36,224 bases of DNA. It comes from Microthyrium microscopicum. Its lineage: Eukaryota. The notes beneath the pieces were generated by a model. That model made no database searches, was not told the origin of the DNA, and saw only the letters and a list, made by a program, of their open reading frames with translations. Positions 1-13,689 of this stretch are shown here, piece by piece. The stretch is from contig MU004232.1 of the NCBI GenBank assembly GCA_010405405.1, forward strand, positions 2,735,038 through 2,771,261, read 5' to 3'. Positions within the stretch are counted from its first letter, which is position 1, and each line of letters starts with the position of its first letter. The position numbers and the translations under genes were made by a program.

Positions 1-1480
1 TATATTAAGAGTACTACTTAATATATTAATAGGTTTTTTATATACTAAAGTATAAGCTATTTAAGTTTAAACTATAAGTTAATAATTTCTATCTCTATTA
101 TCTATAAACTAATAAACTAGTTTATTACTTTATAATTTTTAGAAAAGTTTTATAGTTTATATTATAAAAGTAATTAAAATTAATCTATAGTTTAAATTAA
201 ACGTAATAATCTAGAACTATTTTAACTAATTTATCTTTATTAAGTACTTCTAGTACTAGAGATATTTATTATTAGTATTATATATACTTTATATATTGCC
301 TTAATATCTAGGATAAGTTAAATTAGGTTCTTTCTAGCTACCCTTAGGTTTTTTAAGGCTTTATTAATCTTACTAGTAATTTAGTTAAAAAGACATAGAA
401 TATAGTAATACTAGGCGGTAAGCTTTACTATAAAGTTAGCTATTATACTTATTCCTTTTATCTTATTAACTCTTCTTAGAATGTTCTATAAAGAGAATTT
501 TATATTAATAGATTTCTTATACTTTAGAACTATAATAAGTCTTAAATTAATTTATTTAAACTTATAGTTATTAACGATTTAGATTAAGTATATACTTAAT
601 ATTCTTATTATAACTCTTTAGTATATTATAATATTTTAAATATAGTTTTTCTTCCTAGATAAAGACCTTTGCTTACTAAGAATAAATATATATTTTATAA
701 TTTGTATTTAATTCTAAGTTTAAGAAATATTTAATAATAAATAGAAAGTAGTTCTATAACTAATATTGCTTTAATATAGAGACTTCGTATAGAAGTATTA
801 GATTCGTAATAACTCTTCTTCTATAAATATTCTAAATAGTAGCTATCTTATAATAACTAAGCTACTAATAATTTAGTAAGAGAAGGTATTAGAGCTTAAG
901 ATAGCTATATATCTTAAATAACTACTATTACTATAATATTATAGAATCCTATTTAGGATATACTTATAAAATAATACTAACTAATATAGTAGGCATTAGC
1001 TATAGTATTAGCTATACTTATATTAAAATTTAAACCTACTCTTGCTCTATATATTAGTATTAAGCATTAATACTTAAATTTATTTTCCTTTAGTACCTTA
1101 TAGTTAGTAGGAGTTAGTATCCTAATAAATTCGCTAATAAAGTACTTTATAATAATTTTAAGATCTCTATCATCTTTAATATAAACTAATAATTTTAGGT
1201 AATACTAAGTCTTAGTTTAGAACTATAAAGTTCTTTTAGTACTACGTATTTAGTAAATTACAAGCTTTAAATACTAGGAGAGTACTAAATAGATCTTATT
1301 AATATAACCATACTTATTACTAGTTATAAGATCTATATTATACTTAGTAATATATAAGTAGGCGTAAACTTTTATTTAATTTTAAAGATATTTAGTACTT
1401 TTTTATTACTAATTTTATAGCTTTACTTTTAGAGCATTATAATTTAGTAATAAATAACTCTCTTATTAAACTTTAGATAT
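1..1480 (-). pseudogene. RIP-degenerate hypothetical protein gene, probably running off the left edge
   Basis: A minus-strand frame over ~180-960 reads protein-like after de-RIP (…LFGMFVEEELLRIQYFYTK…VVKLTAWYHHILCLFDQITSKIDEALENLRVARKNL…). No family recognised. Confidence 0.35.
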
Positions 1481-2887
1481 AATATAATAAGGTAATAATT
1501 AGAATATAGATAAGATAATAAAATAATTTCTTTTATTTTTTTAGTTATATATCATAAAGTTCTTATATTACTAGTCTAATTATATACTCTTATTATTATC
1601 TTTAGAATATAGATTAACCTTTTTTTCTTCTTTTCTTTTCTAGGAATACTACTTAAGTATCTTCTAACGTTAATATTAATCGCTTAAGGTTCATCTTAGC
1701 TTAACTTCTTATTATCCTTTACTTAGTAGTATTAGGCAGCTTTATAAAATTAATCTAAGAGTTAAGCAATTTATTTAATAGTTACGTTAGTAGTTTAATA
1801 GCTTTAGGTAAAATACTTTTATATAACTTAACTACTTTATTAATATAAAGCTATTTAATACTACTTTTGCAACCTTTATAGCTAGTAGCCTTAAAGATAG
1901 TAGTTAAACTAACTTTCACGTTTACTAATTAGTATAGAATTTCATAGTTCTTATTTAGAAAAAACTTAGGTATTACCTTATATAAATTATAAATATAGGT
2001 ATATATACTTAGAAGCCTAATTATAATATATTCTTTAGTCTTTTAGTATTTTATCTTTTAGGCGCTAATTAAGGCTAATAATATATTAGCCTCTAACTAG
2101 TTTTTAGGGTCTCTTAATACCTCTATTATTTCCTTATTATAATTTTCATTAGGAGATAAAAAGAAGGTAAATTAACAACTTATAGGAGGTACGCTATTTA
2201 ATTAATAGGTACTACTTAAGTTATATAAATTAAGAAACGTATAATTATTAGGTATCTATAGTTTTAGCTAAGGAAAGTTATTACTAGTATACTATAAATT
2301 ATTCTCTTTGCCTTACTAAAGAAACATTAACTAATATAATACGTTAAGAAGCTTTCTTCTAAGAGTTAGAACTAATTTAGGTAGATACTAATTATAAAAG
2401 AAGACTAAAGTTTTTAAATCTAGCTATTAGTTACAAAAATAATAATAGCAAATAATATTTTATTACTTAGAATTAAAGTAGCTTATAACTAATAAAGCTT
2501 AAGCTATATTAAGCTTATACTTATAAGAAAGCTAAACTTTATTTAGCTCTAGTATATTTAGAACGATAATAGTATAGTAGCTTAGCTAAAAAGAGAACAA
2601 TTTATAAATCTTTATACTATAAACTAACTTAAAATCCTTAAGGAGCATACATATTTTTTAGTAAGCTATATATAATATAGTATATTTATAGACCTTAAGA
2701 GCTATTATTATATTAACATATTAACTATTTACCTTAGTAATATTATTAATAGTAATATTAGTTTATATCTAGTTATTAGAGTAGAACTTTATAATCTTTA
2801 CTTTTAAAAAGTTAATAGTACTTAGTAAATATATTATATTTATAGATTAATTAGCTATCCTTAAAAGAATACAACTAGGATACTTAG

Positions 2888-2933
2888 CTTAGAAAAAGAT
2901 TAGTTAGAAGTAATATAAAGTAGCGCAACGTAC
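2888..2933 (-). other. Spliceosomal intron (46 nt) in kinase-KilA-N gene
   Basis: Minus strand gtacgt…ctaac…aag. Removing it joins the kinase-containing frame to the KilA-N frame. Confidence 0.7.
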
Positions 2934-3909
2934 TAAAAGGGCTAATCTTAATAAAATAACGTATAGCTATAACTTTAAGAGAAAGACTTAAGATTACTAA
3001 GATAAGATTAGTAAGGCATAATCTATAAGGAATAAAATTCTATAGATAGTATTTACTATTTAAAGAGTAGTATAGATATAAGGGCTATAAAGTTTAGGAC
3101 TAATTTTATATAATTACTTAATATTTAATACTAGTAGGTACTAAGTAGTTTCTAATTCTTTATTCTAGTCTAGATAATATAGAAGTAAGAGATCCTTATA
3201 CTAGTATATTTTCTTAACTATAATTATAGACTATAGTAGATTTATAAATTATTTAGAATAAGTTTTGCTCTATATAATTAGAGGCTAGTATAGGTGCTTA
3301 AGAAAGTATAGGTATTAGTAATTAAAGTAAGAGTATAAGGTACTTTATAGCTAAATATCTCTCCTTTATATTTAATACTAATATTATTTTTAGAATAATT
3401 ATTAATGTATTTTTATTTTCATCTTTAAGTTTAGAAAGAATTATCGTAATTTAGCTAGCATTGTTATTTATACTATACTTTAGTAGTATAAAGCTATATT
3501 TATATATAACTATATTTAGGGACTAGATATTTATAGTAGTTATATAGCTTTACATATTAGGATTAGTTAGGTTTACTATATCTACTATTATAACTTTAGA
3601 TATAGTATATATTATAATTTTATAAAATATTTTAAAATACTTAGCTGTTTTTAATAACCTAAAATTAGCTAGCTTAATATATATTAGATAGTAAGAGTAG
3701 ATAAGAATATTATTAGGCTTAATATCTTAATAATATATTAGTAGTTCCTAAAAATAAAGATATACTAAAGCTTCTAGATTTTAGTAGAGCAAAGGGCTAA
3801 TCTCGTAATCTAATAGCTTCTTTCCTTTTAAACTATTATAAGGTATATACTCTAGAATTAGTTAGGGACTTAGGGCCTTAATTACTAATATAAGGTAATA
3901 TATATATAG

Positions 3910-3957
3910 CTTAGTATTAGGTTAGTAGCTATTAGTATTATTAAATTATTTACTTAT
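3910..3957 (-). other. Spliceosomal intron (48 nt) in kinase domain, donor RIP-mutated
   Basis: ataagt (from gtaagt)…ctaac…aag, located between …MKNLDH and PH… (kinase subdomain III/IV). In-frame length. Confidence 0.65.
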
Positions 3958-5100
3958 ATAGTCTAGATTCTTTATTAGTAATATCTCCTTTCTAAGTATT
4001 ATATTCTAGTTTAGGCTCTAAAAGTTATAATACTACTTAAAAGTATAGATTACTCTAGTACTAATATCTTAGAGACGCATAATAGTAGAACTAGTAGTCT
4101 TTCTTAGCTTTTCTATCTATAGTAGAATTAACTATTATATAGGAGTATAACTATTGCTAGGCGCTACTATTAAAATAGTGCTTTAGACTCTAAGAGCTAC
4201 TAAAGATAGCTAATTAATAACCTTACTATAGTATTTATTAATAGCGTTTTAATAGAGATCTTAAGACGCATACTTTTAGACAATAATCTAGAATTTTAGA
4301 TTACTATAAAGATAAAGAATAATAGTCTTAGTAGCGTCTAAGATTTTATTTCTACTAATAATCTAGGTAAACTATTAGTATTTAGCTTCTACTATTAATT
4401 AGTATTTATACTTATTTAGTAGATTATATATAATAGTTATATTATACTTTAAATAATCTTATACGAATAACTATTACTAATTATTAAAGGCAATATAGTA
4501 GTAGTAGTTACTAATAGATCTAAGCATTTTAGGTAAGATAATATTATAGGTCTCTACGTTACGTCTAAGAGTAATTCCTAGGTAGCTTTTTAGCTTATAG
4601 CTAAATCTTAGCGTAAGGCCTTTACTATAGAACTAAGGCGAAAGATTATTATTAAAGTTACTATTATTAAGAGAAATAGTTATTACTTTGCTAGTAGGCT
4701 TTAGTAAAGTAGATAAGCTTTATAGTAAAGGGTTATATTAACTTTTATTCTTTAAGCGTCGTACTATTTCTTTAGTAAGATTACATTTAGTATTTCTATT
4801 TTAATAAGGGAATAGATATATAAAGACGTCTTCTATTATAACTAGAAATTAGGCTAGGAAAGAAAAAGAAGTTTAAGTAAGAGAAGTTAAGAGGAAAGAA
4901 CATAACGCGCTTAATAACTAAATACGTTTATATTTTAGGTTTTTAAGTACTTAGTATAAGAGCAATATAGTATTCTAAGCGCTATTCTTAATAATTAAGT
5001 ATTAGGATTTAACTTAAAGAAATAAGCTATATAATAGTCTATTTAGCATTAATAGTAAGATATAATAATATAGATATATAAAGAATTAGATAGAGTTAAT

Positions 5101-8100
5101 ATATTTTATTTAGACTTTATAATAATCCTTAATAATTCTACTAGAAGTTACTTAGAGTCTAATATTTAGTATATAAAGATAAAGGATAGAAGTAAGAACT
5201 AGTTATAATAATTAACTTAGATTTTTATTAGTTAGTAGGCTAACGTACTAAAGACTTATTCTTTTAATTAGTATTATCTCTACGTATAATTTATAGTAGC
5301 AATAATATTATATAAACCTTTTAGGGGGCCTATAGTTAATTCTATGTATTTAAGCATACGTAATAGAATTTAGAGAATAAGAGAATATAATAGACTAATA
5401 AATAATGCTCTATATTTCGCTATAGATTATATATCTTAATAATTAAAGTATATTAAGATCTAGCCTATTTTTATACCTTTAGACATAGTCTGCATTAGTA
5501 AGTCTATATAGTATTAAGGACTACGAGTTAGTAATTTAGCTATTAGTAAGATATAGCTATAAAAGTTAGGGCTATAAGTTTAAGTAAGGAAGTTGCTTAT
5601 ATAATACTAAAGTACTAAAATCTACTATATTAACGTTATAACTCTTAGGTACGTAATTTTAACTACTTTAACTAAAGTTCTTCTTATTTACTTAGAGTCG
5701 TAAATCTCTAAAGTAATAGCATTATATATTAACTTAGATCTATTATTTATTTAAGATCTTACTACTTATAGTAATGCTTAACTTAATAACTATTTATAAT
5801 AGTATAGAAGGCTAGTTCTCTCTTACTTTTATTAAGTATATTCTACTAAGATATAGATTAGACTAGTAAGAGTTAAAAATCTAGATAAAATATTAACTAA
5901 GCTTCTTTAAAGGCTATAGTAAGTTAAAACCCTAAATCTTCTCTTCTATACTTATAATTATATACTTAGAAAACAAGTAAAGTAACTATATATTACTACC
6001 CTTTCTTTTTTAGTTAACTTAGACGAAGTTAATACCTAGTTATAGAATCCATCCCTAACTAAAGATTAGTTATACTTTTAAGTACCTTTTTTAGCATTAA
6101 CTTCTTCTAAGTATAATAATTAAGAACAATATATTAAGAACCTTTAATATAAGATAAAGTATTATAATAGGCTTATTAAAGCTAGCAGCTAACTTTTATA
6201 TCTATTTACTCTACTAGAGTATATTATTAGAGACTCTATAGAGTACTACGAGATTATTACTTATTAGTAAAGTAAAACTTATAAAATAGGTAAATAAAGA
6301 TTATTTAGCTAGTAATAAGAAAAGTAGAATAACTTTTAGAAACTATAATAATTTACAAGGAGGTAGAGTTCTTATAAATACTAGCGAAATAACTAGTAGA
6401 AAATATATTTAGCTAAGAATTAGTTACTTATAGATATATAGTAAATAAAAGTATCTACTTAGGCTACTAAGAATAAATAAGAGTATACTTAGATATAACT
6501 TTAGAAAGTATTTAGTAGTAAGCTTATAGTATATATCTTAGGTTCTAACTTAGAATAATATAAATTATAAGAATAGTTTCTTAAGCATTAAGAACTTATA
6601 GAGGATTAAGATAATTTCCTTTTATATATTATAGCGTTAAAAGAATAACTAAAAAGGTATAGATTTATAGTTTTATTTAAGCTCTCTAAGTAGCTATATA
6701 ATTAGGATAAGTTAATAAACTAGATTAAGTATCTTAGCTATTAGTACTAGTAGTATAACTAACGTTTTAAGACTTATCACTACTATTAGAGAAGATATAA
6801 AAAAGCTTAAAATGCGCTTTTAGAAGCGAAAGTCCTTTATTATAAAGAGACAAAAGAGTCTATTTATTACATAGGGTTATTATTAAAATATACTAATTAA
6901 AGACAAATAGCTTAGGAGGGCTAAGAATACGTAATATTAGCTATAGTATTAGTAAAAAGCTAACGATTTAAGATAAGACCTAAAGTCCCACCCTATTAGA
7001 AGTTATAGCTCTTTAAAGCTTAATATATACTAGATATAGAAACAAAGAGATATAAGTTAATTAAAACTCATAACTACTATATCTCTTAATTTATTTAATA
7101 GGCAAAGTCTTATTAAGTAGCTAAGTAAGAGAAAAAAGGCTAATATATCTATATATAATAAATAGTTTGCTAAATTCTTCTTATTAAGTAGAAACTAGAG
7201 GATAATAATATCTTCTATTATAAAGGCGATAGGCAAGGATCTAAGCAGGGCCTATTAGCAGATATTAAAGAGGAGCTATAACCTCTTAACTATAATAGAC
7301 TTATAAAATAGCTAAAGTATAACAGCGAGCCTAAAAAACTTAATAAGTAATTTAAACTAAATTTATATAATCTTGTTGCTGTAATATATAATATTTATTA
7401 TAGCTTATAGGTATTAATAAGAATAAAATTAGTATAGAAGGCAAAAACTTCTTTTAAATAACTCTTAAGTAATTCTAATTAGCCTCGTCATAGTACTAGA
7501 ATAGTATAATAAAATCTATAAGTAAATATAAGAATAGTAAAAACGTAAATACCTCTATAAAAGCTTTTATACTTAATACTAACAAAGTAACCTTCTTCTT
7601 AGAGATTACTATTAAGTAATATAAAGAAGGCTAATAAGAGATTAAGCCGTAGGTACTATAGTATAAATTCTAAAGAAGTAATTAGTATAAAATTATAAAT
7701 ATTCTTATATACTTCTACTTTTATTATATACTATTACTTCCTAAATTAAAAAGCTTATATATTTAATAGAGTATCTTTAGCTAATTAATAGTCTACTACA
7801 CGTCTAGAGAGAAGGATAACTTATTCTATAAAAACTATTAGTTAATATTATCTTAGAGTATATGTCTACATTTTAGAAGAATATATTCTTATCTCTAGCT
7901 AAATATTATTAAGTAGTTTTATAATAAAGATAGTTACACTTAGTCTCTACCTAACTTCTATTTATAATTACTTCTCTTACTCTAACGTAACTTTAGAAAC
8001 TACTTTATAGTATATTAATATATCTAGAGAATTAAGGATATTTATAGATATTCTATATAAGGTATAGCTTACTTTTATTATTAAGTAGAATTATAAGAGC

Positions 8101-8255
8101 TAAGTCTTATAATATAGGAATTTAAGTTAGGTAACTACGTATATAGAAATTATATAGAAGTTATTAGTAAGCTTTTTAAAATTATAAAACTAATAGAAGA
8201 AAAGATTACGCCTTAGGATAGAGAACCTAAATATAAGCCTAAAGATAATAGATAA
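5101..8255 (+). pseudogene. Large (~1000 aa) hypothetical protein gene with two predicted introns (RIP pseudogene)
   Basis: Three consecutive protein-like frames are joined in register by candidate introns 5977-6022 (gtaaag…gttaac ttag, 46 nt) and 7343-7403 (ataagt…tag, 61 nt). Segments include IHCVNVMTLGYV, YRRLVLSYFYQV, VTFGNHNDLQGGGVLVN, RIGYLQMYSEQK. Confidence 0.6.
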
Positions 8256-8279
8256 AAACTATTTACTTTATATTCCATA

Positions 8280-8791
8280 ATTTAAATTATAGTTAATATA
8301 GTTACTAAGTAGCATTTATTAGTAGTTTTTTCTAAATAAAAATAAAGAGTAATAGCTACTTCTTATAAAATAATAGTTAATAGCTATTCTTAACTACTTA
8401 TAATAGTATACTAAGGTAAGACGACTTAGATAATATATAGCCTATATATATAGGCTAGACTTATATATATAAAGTATCCTTATACTAAAAGCTATACCTA
8501 GCGAATCTCCCTACTCTTAATATAAAAAGGCTAGTAATTCTTAGTTTAATTTACTTAATTTACTTTTAGAACTATCCTCTAAGTACTTACGCTAAATATT
8601 CTTTTTTAAACTATAATAAAAACTATATTCTAAGTACTCTATTATAAGCTATATCTAATATAGCTTTCTTTACTATAGGCTTAGGTTATTTTTCTATAAA
8701 CTTACTAGTAAGATACTTTATTAATAGTAATTAGGGCCCTAAGCTTATATCTCTTAGGCCTTAGAATTTAAGACTAGAGAGACTATATATA
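8280..8791 (-). pseudogene. Small RIP-degenerate hypothetical gene
   Basis: One minus-strand frame reads …LMEYLASEFVEKQPEPMVEKAVLDMAYDGVLG…LGVGRFAGCGF…; it converges on the end of the 5101-8255 gene. Confidence 0.35.
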
Positions 8792-9329
8792 TTTCTTTCT
8801 AAGTAGAAGAGAGAGTAAGGATAGTAATAAGTAAAAGCAATTAGAACTTAGGAAAGAAAGAGTTTATATACTACGTTTAGTTTAGTTAGAGTAATAAACA
8901 TTTTATAGAAGAATCTCTTATATAATATATAAAGAGTACTTCTTTATTAAAGTTAGATAGGTATTAACTAGTCTAGATAAGGAGTTATATCTATATATTT
9001 TGCTTTAAAGTAAATAAGAATATAAATTATTAATATAGGAATAAAGATATTAAAATAATTTTATAATTAAATTTTATTTTATTCTATATAGAAAGAACTT
9101 TTATTAACTACTTACTTATTAAGGCTAGTTAAAAATAGAATCTATTAAAGTAATACTAATTATATATATTCTTAAGAAATAGTCTAGTAGCTACTACTAA
9201 TACATTAAGCTTACGCTTATAATTACCTTATAGTTATATATATTATAGTCTTTACTATTATTCTTATTAGTAGCCTAAAAGGTTTTATTAAAATCTATAG
9301 ATAATATAATTAATAATCTTGTATATTTA

Positions 9330-11500
9330 AGTAAGAAATATATATAACTTTAAAACGTAAGGTTTATATAATAGCTTAATTAAATCTTTCCTATATATAT
9401 TTTATAACTTATAGCTTTATCCTTCTTATTATAGTATAAGGTATTATTAGATACTACTAATTAGTCCTTAAGTACTACTAGTTAGTAGCTTAAGAATACG
9501 CTTCTACTAGTTTTCATTAAGAGTAAAGAGTAAGTACCACCTAGACGTCTATAGAATCTTAATATTAAGGTAGAATCTCTAAGGGCTATTAAACGTAATA
9601 GGCTAGAGTTTAAGTTCTTTTAAAGTTTATCTTCTTAATAAGTAACGTTTATTATATAAGATACTACTTAAAGTTTCTAATTCTTTAAAGTAGATTTACT
9701 CTTAGTACTTTTCTAAAACTTATCTTACTAATAAGTAATATTCATTATATAAGCTACTATTTTAATATTCCTATTTATTAAAGTAGATTTAATTTTAATA
9801 TATATTTATATATTAGGTATTTATAATGTCTTCTTAACTATTATAGTAAAGTTAGTAGGATTAAGTAAAAAGAGAGAAGAAATAAGGCTTAAAAGAATAG
9901 ATTATAAACTTAAATCTCTTTAGATTATAGTTAAGTATCTATCTAGGTAAGTAAATATTATAGTATTTTTATATACTAACTTACTTAATAACTTTATACT
10001 TAATTTAATATTAAGAAAGACCCTAAACTTTTTAATAGTTTATAATTTATATTATAGAATTAGATATATTCTAACTAGCTATTAGCTAGGGTATCTAGCT
10101 TTATTAAGTAAGCATCATAGCTAATTATAGGCCTATTTTTACCTTATCTAAAGCAAAAAGTAATTTAAATGTCTCTAAAGCTAACCTACTTTAATATTCC
10201 TTACTTAGGCTAATTTTTATTTTCTATAATATAAGAACTTCTTAGTTAAAAAGCGTACTACTCTAATGTTAGTCTATACGTAACTCTACTATTAAAGAAG
10301 CTACTTCCTAGATAATCTATGTCTAGCAAATTTATAATCTTTTATAGATAGTCGTTATATTATCCTTTTAAGTAATCTCTTAAAGCCTAATTTACTAGGA
10401 TTATATAAGTAATAAGCATTTTTCCTTTTAAAGAATTATTTATAATAACCTAGGAAATATAGTTTTAGTATAGATTAAAGAGCTAAGAAACTAATCTTTT
10501 ACGCCTACGTCTATATAAAAAGATTAGATTTTTATTATTATCATTCTATCTATTTATATAGCTAACATAGAGCCTATTTAGGTACCTATATAGTACGTAT
10601 AGTTTTCTATAGATACTCTTAGTTTAAAGCTAGTAATTAGTATATAGCTAATATAGTATTTCCTTAAGGTTTAAATTAGCCTTTTATAACTAAAATTAGT
10701 AAGTTACTAAAAATAATAAGGCAGTAGAAATATAATATAGTATACTAATAAAGGCTAACTCTAACTTTAACATACTACTAGCTAGAGAGGTTAAGGTATA
10801 AGAGTATATTAGTAATACTAAGGCCTCCATCCCTATAGGCTATAGCAACTAGCTTATTAATATAACCTTATCTATCTTACTTAAATAAGGTAAAAAATCT
10901 AAGCTACTAGTAAGAGTACTATAGAAAATTATAGTTATTAATATAATACTATTAGTACTTAGCTTACTACTTAACTTACTAATTTTCTTAACTATTAGCT
11001 AGCTCTTACAAGGTTAGAAATCTATATATATTATTTCTATACGCTATTTTTTATAAGCTTTATCTTAAGAGATATAATCTACGCCTATAAACTATACTAC
11101 TTTCCTAATAATCTATATATATAGCTAGCTTACTAATATAGATCTAAGTATAATTCTTCTAATAGCTACTCTAAAGAGAATAAGTAAAATACATATAAAC
11201 TCTACTATATTACTAATATTAGTAAAGCGTAACCCCTTTAAAGGATAGAAGAGAGCTATAAGATAAAGTATAAGCTAATGCGTGTTATTTAGTAATAGTA
11301 AAGCGTTCTATATAGATAGATTTACAACTATCTAAGCTTAATAGTAGCATAATTATAACGTTCGTTATTAAATAGGTAAGCTATATTTCCTTAAAATTCT
11401 TTTTTATTTTATACTACTTTTATATATAACTATTAACCTTTTTTATTAGCCTTAACGTCTAAATCTCGTCTCAAAATATTATTAAGACTTTTATTCTAAG
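9330..11500 (-). pseudogene. One or two RIP-degenerate hypothetical genes
   Basis: Long protein-like minus frame ~10000-11280 (…GKPYVLHRYPNRLYVGYVNG…LLDMDYLGSSFFDGGVTYGLTLEW…) and a second at ~9330-9720. No family recognised. Confidence 0.4.
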
Positions 11501-11699
11501 TAGATATTATAATATAGATTAATAAAAAGTAGAAGGTACTTAGTCTAGAGAGAACTTCTAAAGTTAGTTTTCTTCTATACGTTATACTTTAGACTATTAG
11601 ATTATAAAGATAATAGTAGAAATTATATCTATATTTTTTTAAAGTTAAAGGTTTTTTATAGCTTAACTAAAGTAAATAGTAAAATAATACAAGAGACTA

Positions 11700-12300
11700 T
11701 AACTATCGCTAAGCTACTTTGCTTTTCTCTACTCTAATTAGTATAGATTTTATAGAATTTTATATAGTAATAATTACGCTATTAATAAAGTTAGTAAGTA
11801 GCCTTTAGTACTAAGCTTAAGTCTCTTCTTTTAAAGCGTTATCTATTTAACTATTTCCCTTAAAATAATAATTATAAATCGCCTTAAGAGATTAATAACT
11901 TAGATAAACTATTTATTCTTTATAAACTTTAGAATAGTTAGATTATAACGTAAGGCTTTATAATCTTTAGTATAGTTTAGGTTACCTTAGTATTAAAGAG
12001 AAATAACCTTACTAGTTATAGGGGGCTTATTTATACCTAGTTAATAGTGAAAATTAACTTAGAATCCTATAAAAATAAGCTATATAATTTCGCGTATATA
12101 TATAGGCTAATTTTTAACTTATAGAAGGTATAAAGTTTAGATATAGTAATAGTATATTACTAGTAAATAATTAACGCTAATCTAAATAAGCAATAATTAA
12201 TATCCTAGTAATCTCTATTTACTATTTACTATCTATTAATAATTAGATAATAATCCCTATTTAGACTAAAGTATATTATTCTACTTGCTATGGTATAGAA
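11700..12300 (-). pseudogene. RIP-degenerate hypothetical gene
   Basis: Minus frame …REIMQLIFVGFQVDFH…EDYEALRCDLTILEFVKNEQFVQVVNLLRRF…. Confidence 0.3.
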
Positions 12301-12438
12301 TACTTAACCTATTATAACTAAAAGTTTCTACGTATTTAGTAATATAAATTCTAGGGAATAGATAATAAAAAGCTAGTAATATATTAGAGAAGATTAGTTC
12401 TAATTTATTTTAGACTTTACTACTTTCTTAGTTTTATA

Positions 12439-13662
12439 ATAACTACTTTTATATTAACCTTCTTTACTAAAATGCTATCTACTACTACAAGAAATTTTAT
12501 TAAGCTACTTTCTACTCTTTATTAGCTATATTATATCTTTATATTAGAGTTTTTATAGTATAAAGAAGTTACTCTTAGCATATATAATTTTATAAAGTAT
12601 ATCTTAGTAGGCTAGCAACCTAACTTATCTTATAAGCAATTTAATAAGGTTAATATAGAGTTTATAATTAAATAGTACTATACTTAGTAGTATATATTAG
12701 AGGAAATCTCTTACTTACGCGAATTTAACGTCTTAGTTAAATAGTATTAAATTAAATTATAATAGAATCTATATAATAGTTATATAATTAATAATAAAGA
12801 AAGAAACATTCTTAGCTTTAGTTATTAGTACTAATACCTACTCTAGCTTAGAAGCTATGAAAGTAAGTATAAAATAGCTAGTAGAATTTAATTTCACTAT
12901 ATAACTAAGGATTATTATTAGGTATTTATATTTAAAATTAGCATAATATTATATATTAGTATAAAGTATAAAAACTTAGGAAAATAGCTATTTATTTTTT
13001 AGTATAGTATCTATAAGATATATATTAAGGCTAAAAGCCTTATCTTACTAGAATCTTACTTAGAGTAGATAAATTATATTAATAAGTATAAGAAAGGACT
13101 TAGTAGTTCTACTTTATAGTATAGCAAGCCTAGATAGGCTATAATATCTAATTAGGAGATAGCTAAGACTTTATTTCTTAGATACTATACTAAAATTAAT
13201 TATATCTATACTATAGATAGAGTATAGTAGAAGCTTATTTTTAGGCTTTTAAGCGTAGATTAATAGTTTTAGTAGCTTTCGTAATAGAATCTTAGGAAAC
13301 TAGGTATCTTAGTACTTAAAAACTAGTCTCTTATATTAATAGCTAACGTCTCTAATAGAAAGTCTATAGAAATATTATATAATTATTAAGAGTATAATAA
13401 TCGTATCTATTTTTAGAGAAGATAGCTTAATAACTATTACCTAAAGTATAAATACTCTTTTATTAAAAGCGCTACTTCTAAAACTAGAACTTAAAAGTTA
13501 CTATATTTATTAAAGTACTTAAGTCTATAAACTATTTATAAAACTTAAAAAAGAAGCTCTTCTAATTATATAGTAATAGTAAGGTACGACCTAGATAAAT
13601 ACGTATTACTATATATAAGTAATTTTATCTCCTTAGTATATAAATTAATTATCTAAACGTAG
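12439..13662 (+). pseudogene. RIP-degenerate hypothetical gene (~400 codons)
   Basis: Single plus-strand frame whose stops are TAA/TAG, all reversible to CAA/CAG/TGG/CGA (…VLEEISHLREFDVLVE…LLWLGSYESKYE…VMVRYDPDKYVLLH…). Confidence 0.5.
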
Positions 13663-13689
13663 TATTTAGTAATAAGATATTTCTATATT

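Larger units (their letters stand above)
1614..4839 (-). pseudogene. FHA-like domain + Ser/Thr protein kinase + three KilA-N/APSES-like domains (RIP pseudogene)
   Basis: De-RIP translation gives an N-terminal GITLGRNVETCDIVLP…HCCIAFDDQRRLFVQD…FTWIIGG (fungal FHA-like). Kinase motifs follow: RLWDISTGVIYAFK, LILEYVP, HRDIKPDNIL (3703-3732), IKLADFGLSK (~3650-3680), APE-like and AVDIWSLG-like. The same frame continues through an intron (2888-2933) into ILLRMADQSVNVTHLL…GQYVDMMMALEVC and two more similar units, and ends in a basic EKKRRKK. Confidence 0.9.

Noticed and set aside
5110..5145. vWA/MIDAS-like DFVVILDDS.GS at the start of the 5101 gene
   Set aside because: Spacing does not match DxSxS and no downstream vWA motifs were found.
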